Positions 29,426 through 38,546 are shown, counted from the first letter of the stretch. The stretch: DNA of 64,000 nt from an uncultured Dehalococcoidales bacterium (GCA_964519615.1 CAZFIM010000001.1:112254-176253), one strand, 5' to 3'. Numbers and translations are program-made. The notes: generated by a model not told the origin, from the letters alone.

Positions 29426-29923
29426 ATGTCCGGAACGGAATCGTTCTTAAAAGAAGCTTTTGCGGGGGAATCACAGGCAAACCAGAAATATCTTGCTTTT
29501 GCTGCTGTGGCCAATAAAGAGGGCTATAAGCAGATTGCCAGATTCTTCAGAGCAGCAGCAGCAGCGGAGACAGTTCATGCCGGTAACCATCTGAAAGTGT
29601 TAAGAGGAATAAAAACCACCGCGGAGAATTTGAAAGAAGCAGTTACAGGAGAAACTTTCGAGTTCGAAAAAATGTATCCGGAGATGATTGAAGCCGCCAA
29701 AGCGGAAGGCAATAAAGATGCAGAACGCAGTTTTTTCTATGCTAATGAAGTAGAGAAGGTTCATGCCCGTATATATCAATCCTTTCTGGATACTATGCAA
29801 AAAGACGAACAGGATTTTCCCTACTATGTATGCCCGGTATGCGGGTATACCGCTGAGAAAGAACTGCCCGGCAATTGCCCGGTATGCGGTACGAAAGGAA
29901 GCCTTTTTACCAGAATAGACTGA
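29426..29923 (+). CDS. rbr: Rubrerythrin (ferritin-like diiron domain plus C-terminal rubredoxin-like CxxC...CxxC)
   Basis: Start re-set to the ATG at 29426 (AAGGAGG RBS 8 nt upstream); the track ORF 29285 adds 47 non-homologous residues. EAFAGESQANQKY...ETVHA diiron motifs and CPVCGY...CPVCG. Confidence 0.85.
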   Translation: MSGTESFLKEAFAGESQANQKYLAFAAVANKEGYKQIARFFRAAAAAETVHAGNHLKVLRGIKTTAENLKEAVTGETFEFEKMYPEMIEAAKAEGNKDAERSFFYANEVEKVHARIYQSFLDTMQKDEQDFPYYVCPVCGYTAEKELPGNCPVCGTKGSLFTRID

Positions 29924-29944
29924 GACCGGGAGCGAATTCAGATT

Positions 29945-30682
29945 GTGGAGCAAATTTTCGCAGCAGGAGTAGACGGCTGCCGCAAAGGCTGGTGTGTGGT
30001 GACGCTGGGGCGGTATTCTGACTGGAGCGTTTCATGCTGTTCAACTATTGAGGAATTTTGGCAGGAATGCAGGGCTATTAAGCTTGCGCTTATCGATATA
30101 CCTATCGGCCTGAGAGATGGAGGCGAGCAGGAACGCAAGTGTGATCTGGAAGCCCGCCGCCTGCTGGGGAAGCGGGCCTCTTCAGTTTTTCGTCCGCCCT
30201 GCCGCTCCGCGCTTTCAGCGGTAAATTACGATCAGGCTCTTTTCGCCAACCGTGTCTGTACGGGCAAAGGCATTTCCCTACAGGCATTTCATATTACAGC
30301 GAAGATCGCAGAAGTGGACCGGTTCCTCTCCCGTCATCCGCAGGCGCGCGGTGTCATCAGGGAGACTCATCCGGAATTATGCTATTTCATACTGGCGCAA
30401 GGTCTTCCCATGCGCTTAAGCAAAAAGACGCAGCAGGGCCGGCGGGAACGCAGGGATATTTTGTCCTCTTTTTGTCCCTGGGCAGATGATATTATAAAAT
30501 ACGGTCTTGATAATTTCTTAAGAAGGGAGGTGGCGGAGGACGATATTCTGGATGCGCTGGCAGCGGCTCTTGTGGCTTTGCTAGCCGGCAAGGAAGGGTG
30601 CAAGCCTGACACCATACCGGCGCAGCCGGAAACCGATTCCTGCGGCCTGCCCATGGAGATTGTCCTTTACGGGAACATATAA
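29945..30682 (+). CDS. DUF429-family protein (predicted RNase H-like fold)
   Basis: 245 aa; the N-terminal AAGVDGCRKGWCVV resembles the DUF429 signature. Confidence 0.4.
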   Translation: MEQIFAAGVDGCRKGWCVVTLGRYSDWSVSCCSTIEEFWQECRAIKLALIDIPIGLRDGGEQERKCDLEARRLLGKRASSVFRPPCRSALSAVNYDQALFANRVCTGKGISLQAFHITAKIAEVDRFLSRHPQARGVIRETHPELCYFILAQGLPMRLSKKTQQGRRERRDILSSFCPWADDIIKYGLDNFLRREVAEDDILDALAAALVALLAGKEGCKPDTIPAQPETDSCGLPMEIVLYGNI

Positions 30683-30734
30683 ACATGGCTGCCGTACAAT
30701 GATTTCATACTGGTGGATGCGGTGTACTGCACAG

Positions 30735-32396
30735 CTAGCGGTATGATGAGCTCGCCCAGGCTACACGGATGCCCAGTACCACCGCTGCGATAAAGAGGAG
30801 CAGCAGAACAGCGGAAAGCACGGCAATATAGATAGGGACGAGTATCACTTCAAAAGAGGCTGCTTCAGACCAGGGGCTCTCTTTTCCCATCGAATCGATT
30901 ACTTTAATTCTCCACTGGTACTTCCCCGGCGGCAGAGCATCGGCCTGCGAGAGAGTATATGAAGATATACTCTCGGTTTCTTTTTCCAGAGCTATCCGGT
31001 CAAACGATGTGCCTCTGGCGATTTGAAGGACATAGCGTTCCTCCCCGGATTCCCTATCGAGTGACCAATCGAAGTCAACCCCTGTCAAACCCAGCGGCCT
31101 TTTCCCGAACAGGTATTTTATTCCATCGATATAGACACGCCCAATGGAGTAAAAAACAGCAAACCTCTGGTCCTGTACCGGGGCAAGGGGGGTGGGTGAT
31201 GATGTTGCGGCAAATTTCACCGTGTTTAAGGACGCCTGTGCCGTGTTGCCTTTGCTGTCACTGACCGAGATCATATGCTCGAGGCTTGTGGTCTGGGGAA
31301 CGATAAAGGAAGTTCTGAAGCTGCCGAGATCATCGCTCCTTAGCGGAGGCGTAATCTCGGTCTGATCGAAAGTGAATGTGAGGCGGTCTTTGGCGGTAAA
31401 GCCGGCCCCTTTTATAGTGACGCGTTCATCTATGGCAGCGGTGTCCGGTTCCACGGTTAGAGACGGAAGTACCTCGAAGTATGATTTGGGGACTTTGCCT
31501 TTAAGCGTATAAAGTTTGCCGAAGATACTGATAGCATGTTTGCCGTAAGAGCTGGGAGGGACCTCGATTTCCTGTACTATGCTGCCTCCGGTATCTGCGG
31601 TGAGCCCGGACATTATCACTTCGTCATCCCAGCTTATAGATATCCCCACTTCACTGGTACTGAAGCCGTGACCCCACAGGGTCGTCTTTGAACCGACCTG
31701 CCCCGCAACCGGCTCTATTTTGCTCCAGGGGGTTACCAGAAAAACGACCTCATCCACCTCTCCGGCATAGGTTGTACTCCCCTGCGCTCCAAACAAATGC
31801 TCTCCACGGGATATATTGGGAAGAATATAGGAGATGCTCCATGTCCCGAAAGCATCCGCAGAGGTCAAGGTGCTGGATACTACAGTACCATCTACAGTGA
31901 TACTGATATTCGTTTCATATTTATCGAATCCATTTCCAGTGACCGTAAGCTGTGTCTGCGGTTCACCCATCGGCGGAAAGACCTTGATTGACGGAAGTAC
32001 CTCGAAAGAAACGGAAGCGGTGCTTTCAGACCAGTTGCTGTCGTCAGAGATAAAAATGGTATGTTCGCCTCGAGCGGCATGCGGTATCTCAATTGTATAG
32101 AGTATGGTGCCTTGAGCTGAAACGGGGACATCTTCAGCTATGATTGCCTCATCCCAGTAGACAGCAGCCAGACTGCCCGAAAAATTTTCTCCTCTAAGCT
32201 CTATGTTGGACCCTACAAGTCCTGATTGCGCCGATAACGTCAGATTTGCCCCCGCATAGGCAGGAGCCGGGAAAACAGCCGCAGCGACAATAACGATACA
32301 GGTGCATATCAGCAGGGACAGCAGGGCAGCATGGCATGCGTTTTCTTTTATTGTTTTATTAGCCGGTCTCTTCTGGTTACGGTCTCTGCCGGGCAC
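30735..32396 (-). CDS. Membrane-anchored surface protein with tandem Ig/TIG-like repeats and a C-terminal FN3-like domain (paralog of 55866..57638)
   Basis: 553 aa; signal peptide, repeated about 90-aa beta-rich modules, C-terminal GKYQWRIKVIDSMGKESPWS then a TM helix. Confidence 0.5.
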   Translation of the reverse strand: MPGRDRNQKRPANKTIKENACHAALLSLLICTCIVIVAAAVFPAPAYAGANLTLSAQSGLVGSNIELRGENFSGSLAAVYWDEAIIAEDVPVSAQGTILYTIEIPHAARGEHTIFISDDSNWSESTASVSFEVLPSIKVFPPMGEPQTQLTVTGNGFDKYETNISITVDGTVVSSTLTSADAFGTWSISYILPNISRGEHLFGAQGSTTYAGEVDEVVFLVTPWSKIEPVAGQVGSKTTLWGHGFSTSEVGISISWDDEVIMSGLTADTGGSIVQEIEVPPSSYGKHAISIFGKLYTLKGKVPKSYFEVLPSLTVEPDTAAIDERVTIKGAGFTAKDRLTFTFDQTEITPPLRSDDLGSFRTSFIVPQTTSLEHMISVSDSKGNTAQASLNTVKFAATSSPTPLAPVQDQRFAVFYSIGRVYIDGIKYLFGKRPLGLTGVDFDWSLDRESGEERYVLQIARGTSFDRIALEKETESISSYTLSQADALPPGKYQWRIKVIDSMGKESPWSEAASFEVILVPIYIAVLSAVLLLLFIAAVVLGIRVAWASSSYR

Positions 32397-32695
32397 CTGT
32401 TTACCTCCCAGGAATTTTCACGGCGGACATCGGACTATCTGTAGCTTAAAGTATTTACTCTAAAAAAGCAACGGTTGCAGTGCTCATGGAGATGGCCGGT
32501 CATACAACAGAGGGAGAAAACGGCAAGATGTCAGACAGATGTGCGCAAAGAGAACCGCTGCCGGGTAACGGGCATATTATTGCATGTTGCCCGCAGAACA
32601 TATATAATGCTCGTATATAACTTTGTTGATTATTTTCCCGTCATACCGAAAATATAATCAGGCCAAACCATAGCCGGAATCGTGAGGCAGGGAAG

Positions 32696-32863
32696 GTGTA
32701 TATAGGACATAAGGCAGTTTGTCCCGAGTGCGGAAGCCAGTGGTGGGGATGGAGCGTCAAAGACCACCCCATATGCGATAAATGCGGGGCGAAACTGATC
32801 ATACTTGAACGGGGGAAGGAGCATGCATCTCTGCCCTCCCTCGAACGAAAAGAGATGAAGTAA
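32696..32863 (+). CDS. Candidate small zinc-ribbon protein (55 aa, GTG start)
   Basis: VYIGHKAVCPECGSQWWGWSVKDHPICDKCGAKLIILERGKEHASLPSLERKEMK with a CxxC...CxxC ribbon; GAGG 9 nt upstream. Shorter than the length cut-off of the ORF track. Confidence 0.3.
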   Translation: MYIGHKAVCPECGSQWWGWSVKDHPICDKCGAKLIILERGKEHASLPSLERKEMK

Positions 32864-32919
32864 GGCTGGCTGAAGGTATCCGCGTGCTTCCGTTGCGTTG
32901 TTTTTCCATGTAGTACGAA

Positions 32920-33402
32920 TCAGGGTAGATAGGTGATTTCCGCGGCAGGCTTTTCCAGCAGATCGAAAGCGATAGCCGCTTCTGTAAAAAGGTCAACGAA
33001 GGATTCATCCGCATAACGCCCGAATGTAACGAAACGCTTTATCCTTGCGTTCACCAGCATTTTTGCACAGAGAATACAGGGGGAATGGGTGCAATAGATG
33101 GTCGAGCCCTCCAGGCTAACGCCGTGCAGTGCCGCCTGAATGATCACATTTTGCTCTGCATGGATAGCACGGCATACTTCATGCATGGTCCCTGACTCGA
33201 TGTTGCGCTCATTCCGAAGGCAGCCTAGCTCCAGACAGTCCTTCAGTCCTGCTGCAGCGCCGTTGTAGCCCGTGGACAGTATGTGCTTATCACGGACAGC
33301 CACGGCGCCCACGTGGTGTCTTAAGCAAGTGGAGCGCTCTGCCACTACAGAAGCTATTTTAAGGAAATATTCATCTATACCCGGTCTTTTTATCCCATTC
33401 AT
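32920..33402 (-). CDS. dCMP/cytidine deaminase family protein
   Basis: 160 aa; HAEQNVI...CTHSPCILCAKML zinc-binding deaminase motifs. Confidence 0.8.
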   Translation of the reverse strand: MNGIKRPGIDEYFLKIASVVAERSTCLRHHVGAVAVRDKHILSTGYNGAAAGLKDCLELGCLRNERNIESGTMHEVCRAIHAEQNVIIQAALHGVSLEGSTIYCTHSPCILCAKMLVNARIKRFVTFGRYADESFVDLFTEAAIAFDLLEKPAAEITYLP

Positions 33403-33947
33403 GTTAAAGCCTCTATTATGCGCCGGGTCTGCCCCCGCAGCTCTTCCAGCGAGGATTCGTTCACAATGGTGTAATCCGCCATAGCAATTGGCCCGCCCTT
33501 GTGGCTGTTCTCTATTTCCGTGCGGTCGCGTTCCGCTCCTTCACTACCGGTAAGGGGGCGCACTGCTCTATGGGCTAGGCGGCGGTAGCGGGTCGCCGGC
33601 GACGACCAGACGGCAACGAGGACAAGCTGTTGCCCGTAGTGGCCTTTCATCAGAGTATATTCCTCCCATGAGTAGAGGCCGTCAACCACGACATTTGTCT
33701 GCTTGAGCAGGGGGTCGATTTTCGGCAGGTTTAATATGGCGTAAGCCGCCATCCCGTGTTCCTGTCTTAGTTGCTGCCGTACGGTGCGCTCGTTCTCTTC
33801 CTTGAGAGCAAGCCCCCTGCGGGTGACTTCCTCGTCCGTAACATCGCCGAAGCGTACCTTGCGGTACCCGTGTTCTTCAAACACTATCGATACTTCAGAT
33901 TTGCCGGAACCGGCCATGCCGACAATGGCGACTACCTTATATTTCAT
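33399..33947 (-). CDS. P-loop nucleotide kinase-like protein (putative (d)NMP/nucleoside kinase), translationally coupled to the deaminase
   Basis: Walker A GMAGSGKS. The ATG at 33947 (GGAG 7 nt upstream) is preferred over the track start at 33986. The stop overlaps the deaminase start (ATGA). Confidence 0.5.
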   Translation of the reverse strand: MKYKVVAIVGMAGSGKSEVSIVFEEHGYRKVRFGDVTDEEVTRRGLALKEENERTVRQQLRQEHGMAAYAILNLPKIDPLLKQTNVVVDGLYSWEEYTLMKGHYGQQLVLVAVWSSPATRYRRLAHRAVRPLTGSEGAERDRTEIENSHKGGPIAMADYTIVNESSLEELRGQTRRIIEALT

Positions 33948-34054
33948 GCTGCTCCGAATTTTTGAAAATGCGCCCTGCCCCTTCATTTTACGGTTGAGCT
34001 ATTATAGGAGATAGACATTGCAGTTGACAACAGAACAGGATAATCAGCGGTTTA

Positions 34055-35692
34055 TTATGACTGTTCTGCCAGCAGCCTGTCTCTGAGCACCCTTCTGAGG
34101 ACCTTGCCTACCGTGGTCTTGGGTATCTCATCCACGAAAACCACCTCGCGTATTCTTTTATAGGCTGAGAGTCTCTTCTTACAGAACTCGATAAGCTCTG
34201 GGGCTGTTGCCGTACGGCCTTGTTTCAACACTACGAAAGCGGTGGGTATCTCGCCCGCCAGCGGGTCAGGCTTGCCCACCACGGCACATTCTTTTACGGC
34301 CGGATGCTCATAAACCACCGCTTCCACCTCGGCCGGAGCGATAGTATAGCCCTTGTATTTGATAATCTCTTTCTTTCTATCAGCGATGGAGAAGTATCCG
34401 TCCTTGTCCATACGCGCCAGATCGCCTGTATGCAGCCAGCCGTTCTTAAGGGTTTCCTTGTTATCTTCAGGGCGGTTCAGATATCCCTGCATAACCTGCG
34501 GTCCGCGTATCACCAGTTCTCCCACCTTATCGGGCGGAAGCTCGGTCACACCATCATCGGCATCGACTATGCGTGCATCGACATCCATCATCGGTATACC
34601 GATGGTGCCGGCTTTGATCCGCTGAGGCGGGTTGTTGTGGGTTTCCGGGGAAGCTTCGCTTAATCCGTAGCCCAGCATCATCTTCGACCCGGTTGCGCTC
34701 TCCCATTTCTCTTTGACATCCGGGGGTATGGGCATTGCCCCCGGTTTGGCCCAGCGCAGGCTGGAGAGATTGTACTCTTTCAATTTTGGATTGCTCACCA
34801 TCATGATGAACATGGAGGCAGCGCCGTAGAGGATGGTGATTTTATCCGCTTGTATGGCCTCCAGCAGTGTTTCCAGGTCGTAGCGTTCAAAAACGATAAC
34901 TTTTGCGCTGCTGTAAATAGCGGAGTTGAGCAGGCTGGCTCCCCAGCTGTGATAGAGCGGCAGGACTCCTGCTACCACATCCGTATCTTTCCAGCCCATC
35001 CATGTCGCATTCTGGATGGCATTGGCAGTGAGATTATAATGGCTGAGCAGCACACCTTTAGGCAGGCCGGTGGTGCCGCCCGTATATTCGATGGCTGCGA
35101 TGTCCTCATCAGGATTGAGGGAAAAGTCCGGTTTATAAGGCGCATTTTCCGACCGCAGCTTATTGAAGGACACGGCTCCGTCAGGTACGGAGTCTCCGGT
35201 GACGATTATGGTAGAAAGGCCGGTCTCATGCTGTATATGTTTAAGTGCATCAAAGCACTCCATCTCTGTGATTACCGCCGTAGATCCGGAATCGTTGAGG
35301 TGATGCGCCAGCTCCCTGTCTTTGTACATGGGATTGGTGGGCACGACGATTGCCCCTGATTTCAATATGCCGTAGTATGCCACCGGGAATTCCAGACAGT
35401 TCGGCAGCAGCAGCATAATGCGGTCGCCTTTTTTAATCCCCAGCCCCCTCAGGCCCGCCGCCAGCTTTGCCGTCATGAGGTCGAACTCTTTATAGCTGTA
35501 CTTGCCTCTGTCCATCTGGAAAGCAATGTTATCCGGGTGCGTGCGTGCGCTCTCCATAAGGAAGTGAAAAAGCGGTATCCGGGGATAATCGATATGCCGT
35601 GGCATCCTCTCAGGCCAGAATTTAAACCAGGGCCTGTTTTCAGGTACCTGCATAGTAGACTCCTCTTTATGTTTATTAGCGGGGTTCTCCAT
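34055..35692 (-). CDS. Long-chain fatty-acid--CoA ligase (AMP-binding superfamily)
   Basis: 545 aa; AMP-binding motifs YTGGTTGLPKGV, GYGLSE, C-terminal domain. Confidence 0.85.
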   Translation of the reverse strand: MENPANKHKEESTMQVPENRPWFKFWPERMPRHIDYPRIPLFHFLMESARTHPDNIAFQMDRGKYSYKEFDLMTAKLAAGLRGLGIKKGDRIMLLLPNCLEFPVAYYGILKSGAIVVPTNPMYKDRELAHHLNDSGSTAVITEMECFDALKHIQHETGLSTIIVTGDSVPDGAVSFNKLRSENAPYKPDFSLNPDEDIAAIEYTGGTTGLPKGVLLSHYNLTANAIQNATWMGWKDTDVVAGVLPLYHSWGASLLNSAIYSSAKVIVFERYDLETLLEAIQADKITILYGAASMFIMMVSNPKLKEYNLSSLRWAKPGAMPIPPDVKEKWESATGSKMMLGYGLSEASPETHNNPPQRIKAGTIGIPMMDVDARIVDADDGVTELPPDKVGELVIRGPQVMQGYLNRPEDNKETLKNGWLHTGDLARMDKDGYFSIADRKKEIIKYKGYTIAPAEVEAVVYEHPAVKECAVVGKPDPLAGEIPTAFVVLKQGRTATAPELIEFCKKRLSAYKRIREVVFVDEIPKTTVGKVLRRVLRDRLLAEQS

Positions 35693-35835
35693 GTAAAGAC
35701 AGAGTTCTCACACCGCATTTATTGTAGCGTATACATGGATTTAAAGTAAGCCTCTGACTGGAGTGCCGCTATACCTGTATGCTATCATGAGCGCACGCAT
35801 GAGGATATATTAAGAACTCCCGGATTATTGATACA

Positions 35836-37047
35836 ATGATAAATCCTTCACTGGCCCTGCTGATCTCCCTGATAGTAATTCTGCTTCTGCTGCGCATAAA
35901 GCTCCATGCCGGCTTTGCCGTGCTGGCCGGCGGAATACTATTAGCCCTTTTAGTGCTGCCCTGGCGCGTAATACCCGGCATGATGCTTGCTGCCATTTGT
36001 GACTATCAGACCATACGCCTGCTGGTCGTTATTGCCAGTGCGCTTACGCTGAGCAAATTAATGGAAGAACGAGGGCTGCTGTCAGGGCTGGCGCAGACCA
36101 TGGAGCGGCTCACTCCCAAACTTGCCTTTCATCTCGTTCCCGCAGTTATCGGTTTTGTGCCCATGCCTGCGGGTGCGCTGGTTTCCGCCACAGCCGTACG
36201 GGACCTGGTGCGCAAAATAGGACTGGACCCGCCTCAGAGCACTTTTATCAACTATTGGTTCCGGCATGTCTGGGAGTACTCTGTTCCGGTCTACCCGGCC
36301 ATTATCGCCACTGGTGCGCTCCTGGAAGTGCCCCTTTCAAAATTGCTGGCCTTTATGTTTCCGGCGACGCTTCTGGCGGTAGCGTGCGGCGCTGTTGCCA
36401 GCTACAGGATTATGAGGAATCTACCCGGGTCCAGAGGTACTCAATCAAAGGGTATGGCCTTGAACTTCCTGAAGGCTGCCTGGCCCATCATTCTGTTGGT
36501 CATACTGATACTGGCGGGAATTGATGCTATTATCGCTTTTCCTGTCGTACTGCTGCTGCTCATAGTGCAGCAGCGCCCGGGGCTGCCGCAGTTGGGCAGA
36601 TCTTTTAAATACGGATTGGAGCCCAGGATACTTCTCTTCCTTTATGCTGTCATGTTGTTTAAAGCGGTAATAGAGACAGCCGGGGCGGCAGAGTCTATCC
36701 TGTCTGTTTTTCGATCTGTCGGCCTGCCGGTGGTGGTGACGCTCTCACTGCTTCCCTTGATCATCGGTCTGGTTACCGCCAACAGCATGGCCTTTGTGGG
36801 AATTACCTTTCCCCTGCTGCTGCCGCTCATAGGCACCGGCGCCGGCCTGAAGAGCTTTTCTCTGCTGCTGGCCTACGGCAGTGGAATGATAGGGATGATG
36901 ATCTCGCCGCTGCACCTTTGCCTTGCGCTTTCAGCGGAGTATTTTAAGGCACGGTTGGTTACGGTATACCGTTATCTGACCGTGCCGGCACTGTCCGTTC
37001 TTGCCGTGCTGGTGCTGGTCTTCAGCATTGCCTACTATGTCTTTTAG
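35836..37047 (+). CDS. Polytopic membrane protein, transporter-like (possibly DUF401 family)
   Basis: 403 aa; at least 10 predicted TM helices, internal two-fold repeat. Confidence 0.4.
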   Translation: MINPSLALLISLIVILLLLRIKLHAGFAVLAGGILLALLVLPWRVIPGMMLAAICDYQTIRLLVVIASALTLSKLMEERGLLSGLAQTMERLTPKLAFHLVPAVIGFVPMPAGALVSATAVRDLVRKIGLDPPQSTFINYWFRHVWEYSVPVYPAIIATGALLEVPLSKLLAFMFPATLLAVACGAVASYRIMRNLPGSRGTQSKGMALNFLKAAWPIILLVILILAGIDAIIAFPVVLLLLIVQQRPGLPQLGRSFKYGLEPRILLFLYAVMLFKAVIETAGAAESILSVFRSVGLPVVVTLSLLPLIIGLVTANSMAFVGITFPLLLPLIGTGAGLKSFSLLLAYGSGMIGMMISPLHLCLALSAEYFKARLVTVYRYLTVPALSVLAVLVLVFSIAYYVF

Positions 37048-37095
37048 GAGCGAAGACTGTTTTCAGAAAATAAGGAGTACGCTACAATAACAGCG

Positions 37096-38127
37096 ATGAT
37101 TGGGAAAAACGCTCATATTACCGTTATCGGCGCGGGAGCAATAGGCGGCGTTACGGCAGCTTTGCTGCACCGGGCGGGATATGACGTTCAGGTGGTCTGC
37201 AACTCACCTGAGCTGGCAGCGGCGGTAGAGAGCAGGGGGCTGCATATAACGGGCATCAAAGGAGATTTCTCAGTCCGTTTATCTGCTGTCGCGCATATCG
37301 CAGAACTGCAAGGCAAAAAGGACCTTATAATCATGGCTACCAAGGCCGTGGACCTCCAGAAAGCAGCGCAGGAAATAGTTCCCTTTATGAACGAGGATTC
37401 TCTGGCCGTATGTATGCAGAACGGCATTTGTGAGCCGGCTCTGGCAGAGGTACTGGGGAGGGGGCGGGTAGTGGGGTGTATCGTGGGGTGGGGCGCAACC
37501 TTTCACCGTCCCGGCGAGCTGGAGATCACCGCCTCCGGCAAGATGATACTGGGCAGTATCTTCGAGCCAGCAGACGAGCGCCTGCCGGCGGTAGCGGATA
37601 TACTGCGGGCAGTCTACCCCGTGCGCATTTCTCATAATATGATGGGGCACCGCTATGCCAAACTGGTGATCAACTGCTGCATCGCTTCGCTGGGGGTTGT
37701 CTGCGGCCTGCCTTTGGGACAAATGTTGTCAATGAGCAAGGCACGCAACATCATGATCGCTGTAATCAAGGAGTGTATGGCGGTGGCGGACGCCATGGGG
37801 GTAAAAGTGGAGCCCTTTTTCGGGCGGCTCGATTATCATTCTTTCGTCAACGGTTCGGGCTGGTGTAGCGATGCTAAGCGCCATATGCTGCTGCGCCTGG
37901 TGGGTTTCAGGTACCGCAGGCTGCGCTCATCCAGCCATACCTCTCTTATGCGCGGACGCCAGACGGAGATAGACTATCTCAACGGGTATGTCGCACAGAA
38001 AGGCAGGGAATGCGGTATTGCAACGCCGGTCAACGATGCCGTTATTGCCGTAGTCAAGGAGATCGAGAAGGGTGACCGGACGGTCTCAATACATAATTTC
38101 AATGACGGCAGGTTCTCAGGGCTTTAG
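37096..38127 (+). CDS. panE: 2-dehydropantoate 2-reductase (ApbA/PanE family)
   Basis: 343 aa; N-terminal Rossmann ITVIGAGAIGG; C-terminal KPA-reductase motifs (TEIDYLNG). Confidence 0.7.
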   Translation: MIGKNAHITVIGAGAIGGVTAALLHRAGYDVQVVCNSPELAAAVESRGLHITGIKGDFSVRLSAVAHIAELQGKKDLIIMATKAVDLQKAAQEIVPFMNEDSLAVCMQNGICEPALAEVLGRGRVVGCIVGWGATFHRPGELEITASGKMILGSIFEPADERLPAVADILRAVYPVRISHNMMGHRYAKLVINCCIASLGVVCGLPLGQMLSMSKARNIMIAVIKECMAVADAMGVKVEPFFGRLDYHSFVNGSGWCSDAKRHMLLRLVGFRYRRLRSSSHTSLMRGRQTEIDYLNGYVAQKGRECGIATPVNDAVIAVVKEIEKGDRTVSIHNFNDGRFSGL

Positions 38128-38187
38128 TCCCCGCTCAGGGCAGCACGGGGGCTCTCGTATATCTTCCGTCAAACTGTAGCTACGTGT

Positions 38188-38424
38188 TCAGCTGCTGCCT
38201 TTTTTCTCCTTTAGAATTGCGATTATCTCTTCAGCGGCAGGTAAGTGCCCGACCGTATATTTGGAAAAGACAAGCTCCCCATCTACTCTCACATCGAACA
38301 TGCCTTTTTGGCCGGGTAAGACCTGCGCATTTGCCCCCATTGTGCTTTTCAATTCGTCCGCCAGACTGACGGCATGCGGCTGGTAGCCCGGTCAAATCTC
38401 GCAATAGTATATCTCGATATTCAT
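38188..38424 (-). CDS. selW: SelW/Rdx-family selenoprotein with an in-frame UGA (Sec) at codon 11
   Basis: Translation with TGA read as U: MNIEIYYCEIUPGYQPHAVSLADELKSTMGANAQVLPGQKGMFDVRVDGELVFSKYTVGHLPAAEEIIAILKEKKGSS. Rdx-family CxxU motif and downstream FDVxVDGELVFSK...G.LP...EII. AAGGAGAGG RBS 6 nt upstream. The UGA lies at 38392-38394. Confidence 0.7.
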
Positions 38425-38504
38425 TGATGCCTCTCCTTACAATGCATATTTGTCCCTGCAGGGCCGCAGCTTTACTCTGATATTAACCGCATCAATATTT
38501 GATC

Positions 38505-38543
38505 GAAAACGCAGGGAGAGCGTTTATGATTTACTCTCCCCGC
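38505..38543 (-). terminator. Putative intrinsic terminator after the cupin gene
   Basis: Stem GCAGGGAGAG / CTCTCCCCGC (one mismatch) with a 13-nt loop, followed on the minus strand by GCGUUUUCGAU. Confidence 0.4.
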
Positions 38544-38546
38544 AGG

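Noticed and set aside
32630-33014. Two overlapping minus-strand track ORFs (64 aa and 71 aa) in the gap downstream of dCMP deaminase
   Set aside because: No motifs or RBS; the plus-strand Cys4 zinc-ribbon ORF 32696..32863 explains the region better, although it is itself low-confidence.
38184-38369. Track ORF (61 aa, GTG start) on the plus strand
   Set aside because: It lies antisense to the much better supported SelW-like selenoprotein gene; low-complexity R/L/S-rich translation, no RBS.
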